Source: Vulcanimicrobiota bacterium
GTDB lineage: Bacteria; Vulcanimicrobiota; Vulcanimicrobiia; Vulcanimicrobiales; Vulcanimicrobiaceae
NCBI GenBank assembly: GCA_003135555.1
Contig: PLCF01000015.1
Span: 1-48,815, forward strand
Reading direction: 5' to 3'
Length of the DNA stretch: 48,815 nucleotides
Positions 48,758 through 48,815 of this stretch are shown piece after piece. Numbering within the stretch: the stretch's first letter is position 1; each line of letters opens with the position of its first letter. The notes beneath the pieces are model-generated. The model worked only from the letters and a program-made list of their open reading frames with translations, did no database searches and was not told where the DNA came from. A program made the translations under genes and the position numbers.

Positions 48758-48815
48758 GGTGGTCGAGGCCGAAGCATTCGAGGCGCTCGCCCGTGACGCG
48801 AGCCGAAGTGGGTGA
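48758..48815 (+). tRNA. Atypical tRNA-His(GTG), cut by the window edge
   Basis: G-1 + GTGGTCG; D stem GCC/GGC; anticodon arm CTCGC-CC GTG AC-GCGAG; T stem starts GTGGG-TGA; 3 nt after the Trp tRNA. Confidence 0.65.

Overview
Very GC-rich bacterial chromosomal window. The gene content suggests a soil organism such as Eremiobacterota/Vulcanimicrobiia, but that is only a guess. From left to right it holds: hopanoid genes (5' part of shc running off the left edge, an HpnB-like glycosyltransferase, an HpnG-like phosphorylase); manA; a MacAB-type exporter; a CAP protein; a four-gene meta-cleavage operon (DapA-like aldolase, aldehyde dehydrogenase, an uncharacterised di-iron ferritin-like protein, HpaD-like dioxygenase); a large BNR/VPS10-type protein; NUDIX; VOC; an ATP-dependent DNA ligase and beta-CASP exonuclease; a haloacetate dehalogenase; cysK; asparaginase II; an orphan AcrB-type pump; glucan phosphorylase; a degenerate Fic protein; metH; and a liv ABC operon. 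The most striking part is the right end (44.9-48.8 kb). One arm carries rtcB, three tandem Y RNAs and a Ro60/Rsr gene. The divergent arm carries the first genes of what looks like an array of atypical tRNAs (Trp with a truncated D-arm; His with A8, C33 and a non-TTC T-loop). Both arms have the same control layout: TTGACA-N18 sigma70 promoter, short MQ-starting leader ORF, strong hairpin or terminator, then the payload. This suggests a translation-stress RNA repair and tRNA resupply locus controlled by twin ribosome-sensing attenuators rather than RtcR/sigma54. A ~24-bp dispersed repeat occurs four times, bracketing the di-iron gene and once in frame inside the ligase. Two tandem small paralogous genes each have their own sigma28-type promoter. 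All calls were made by eye from motifs; no database searches were run.
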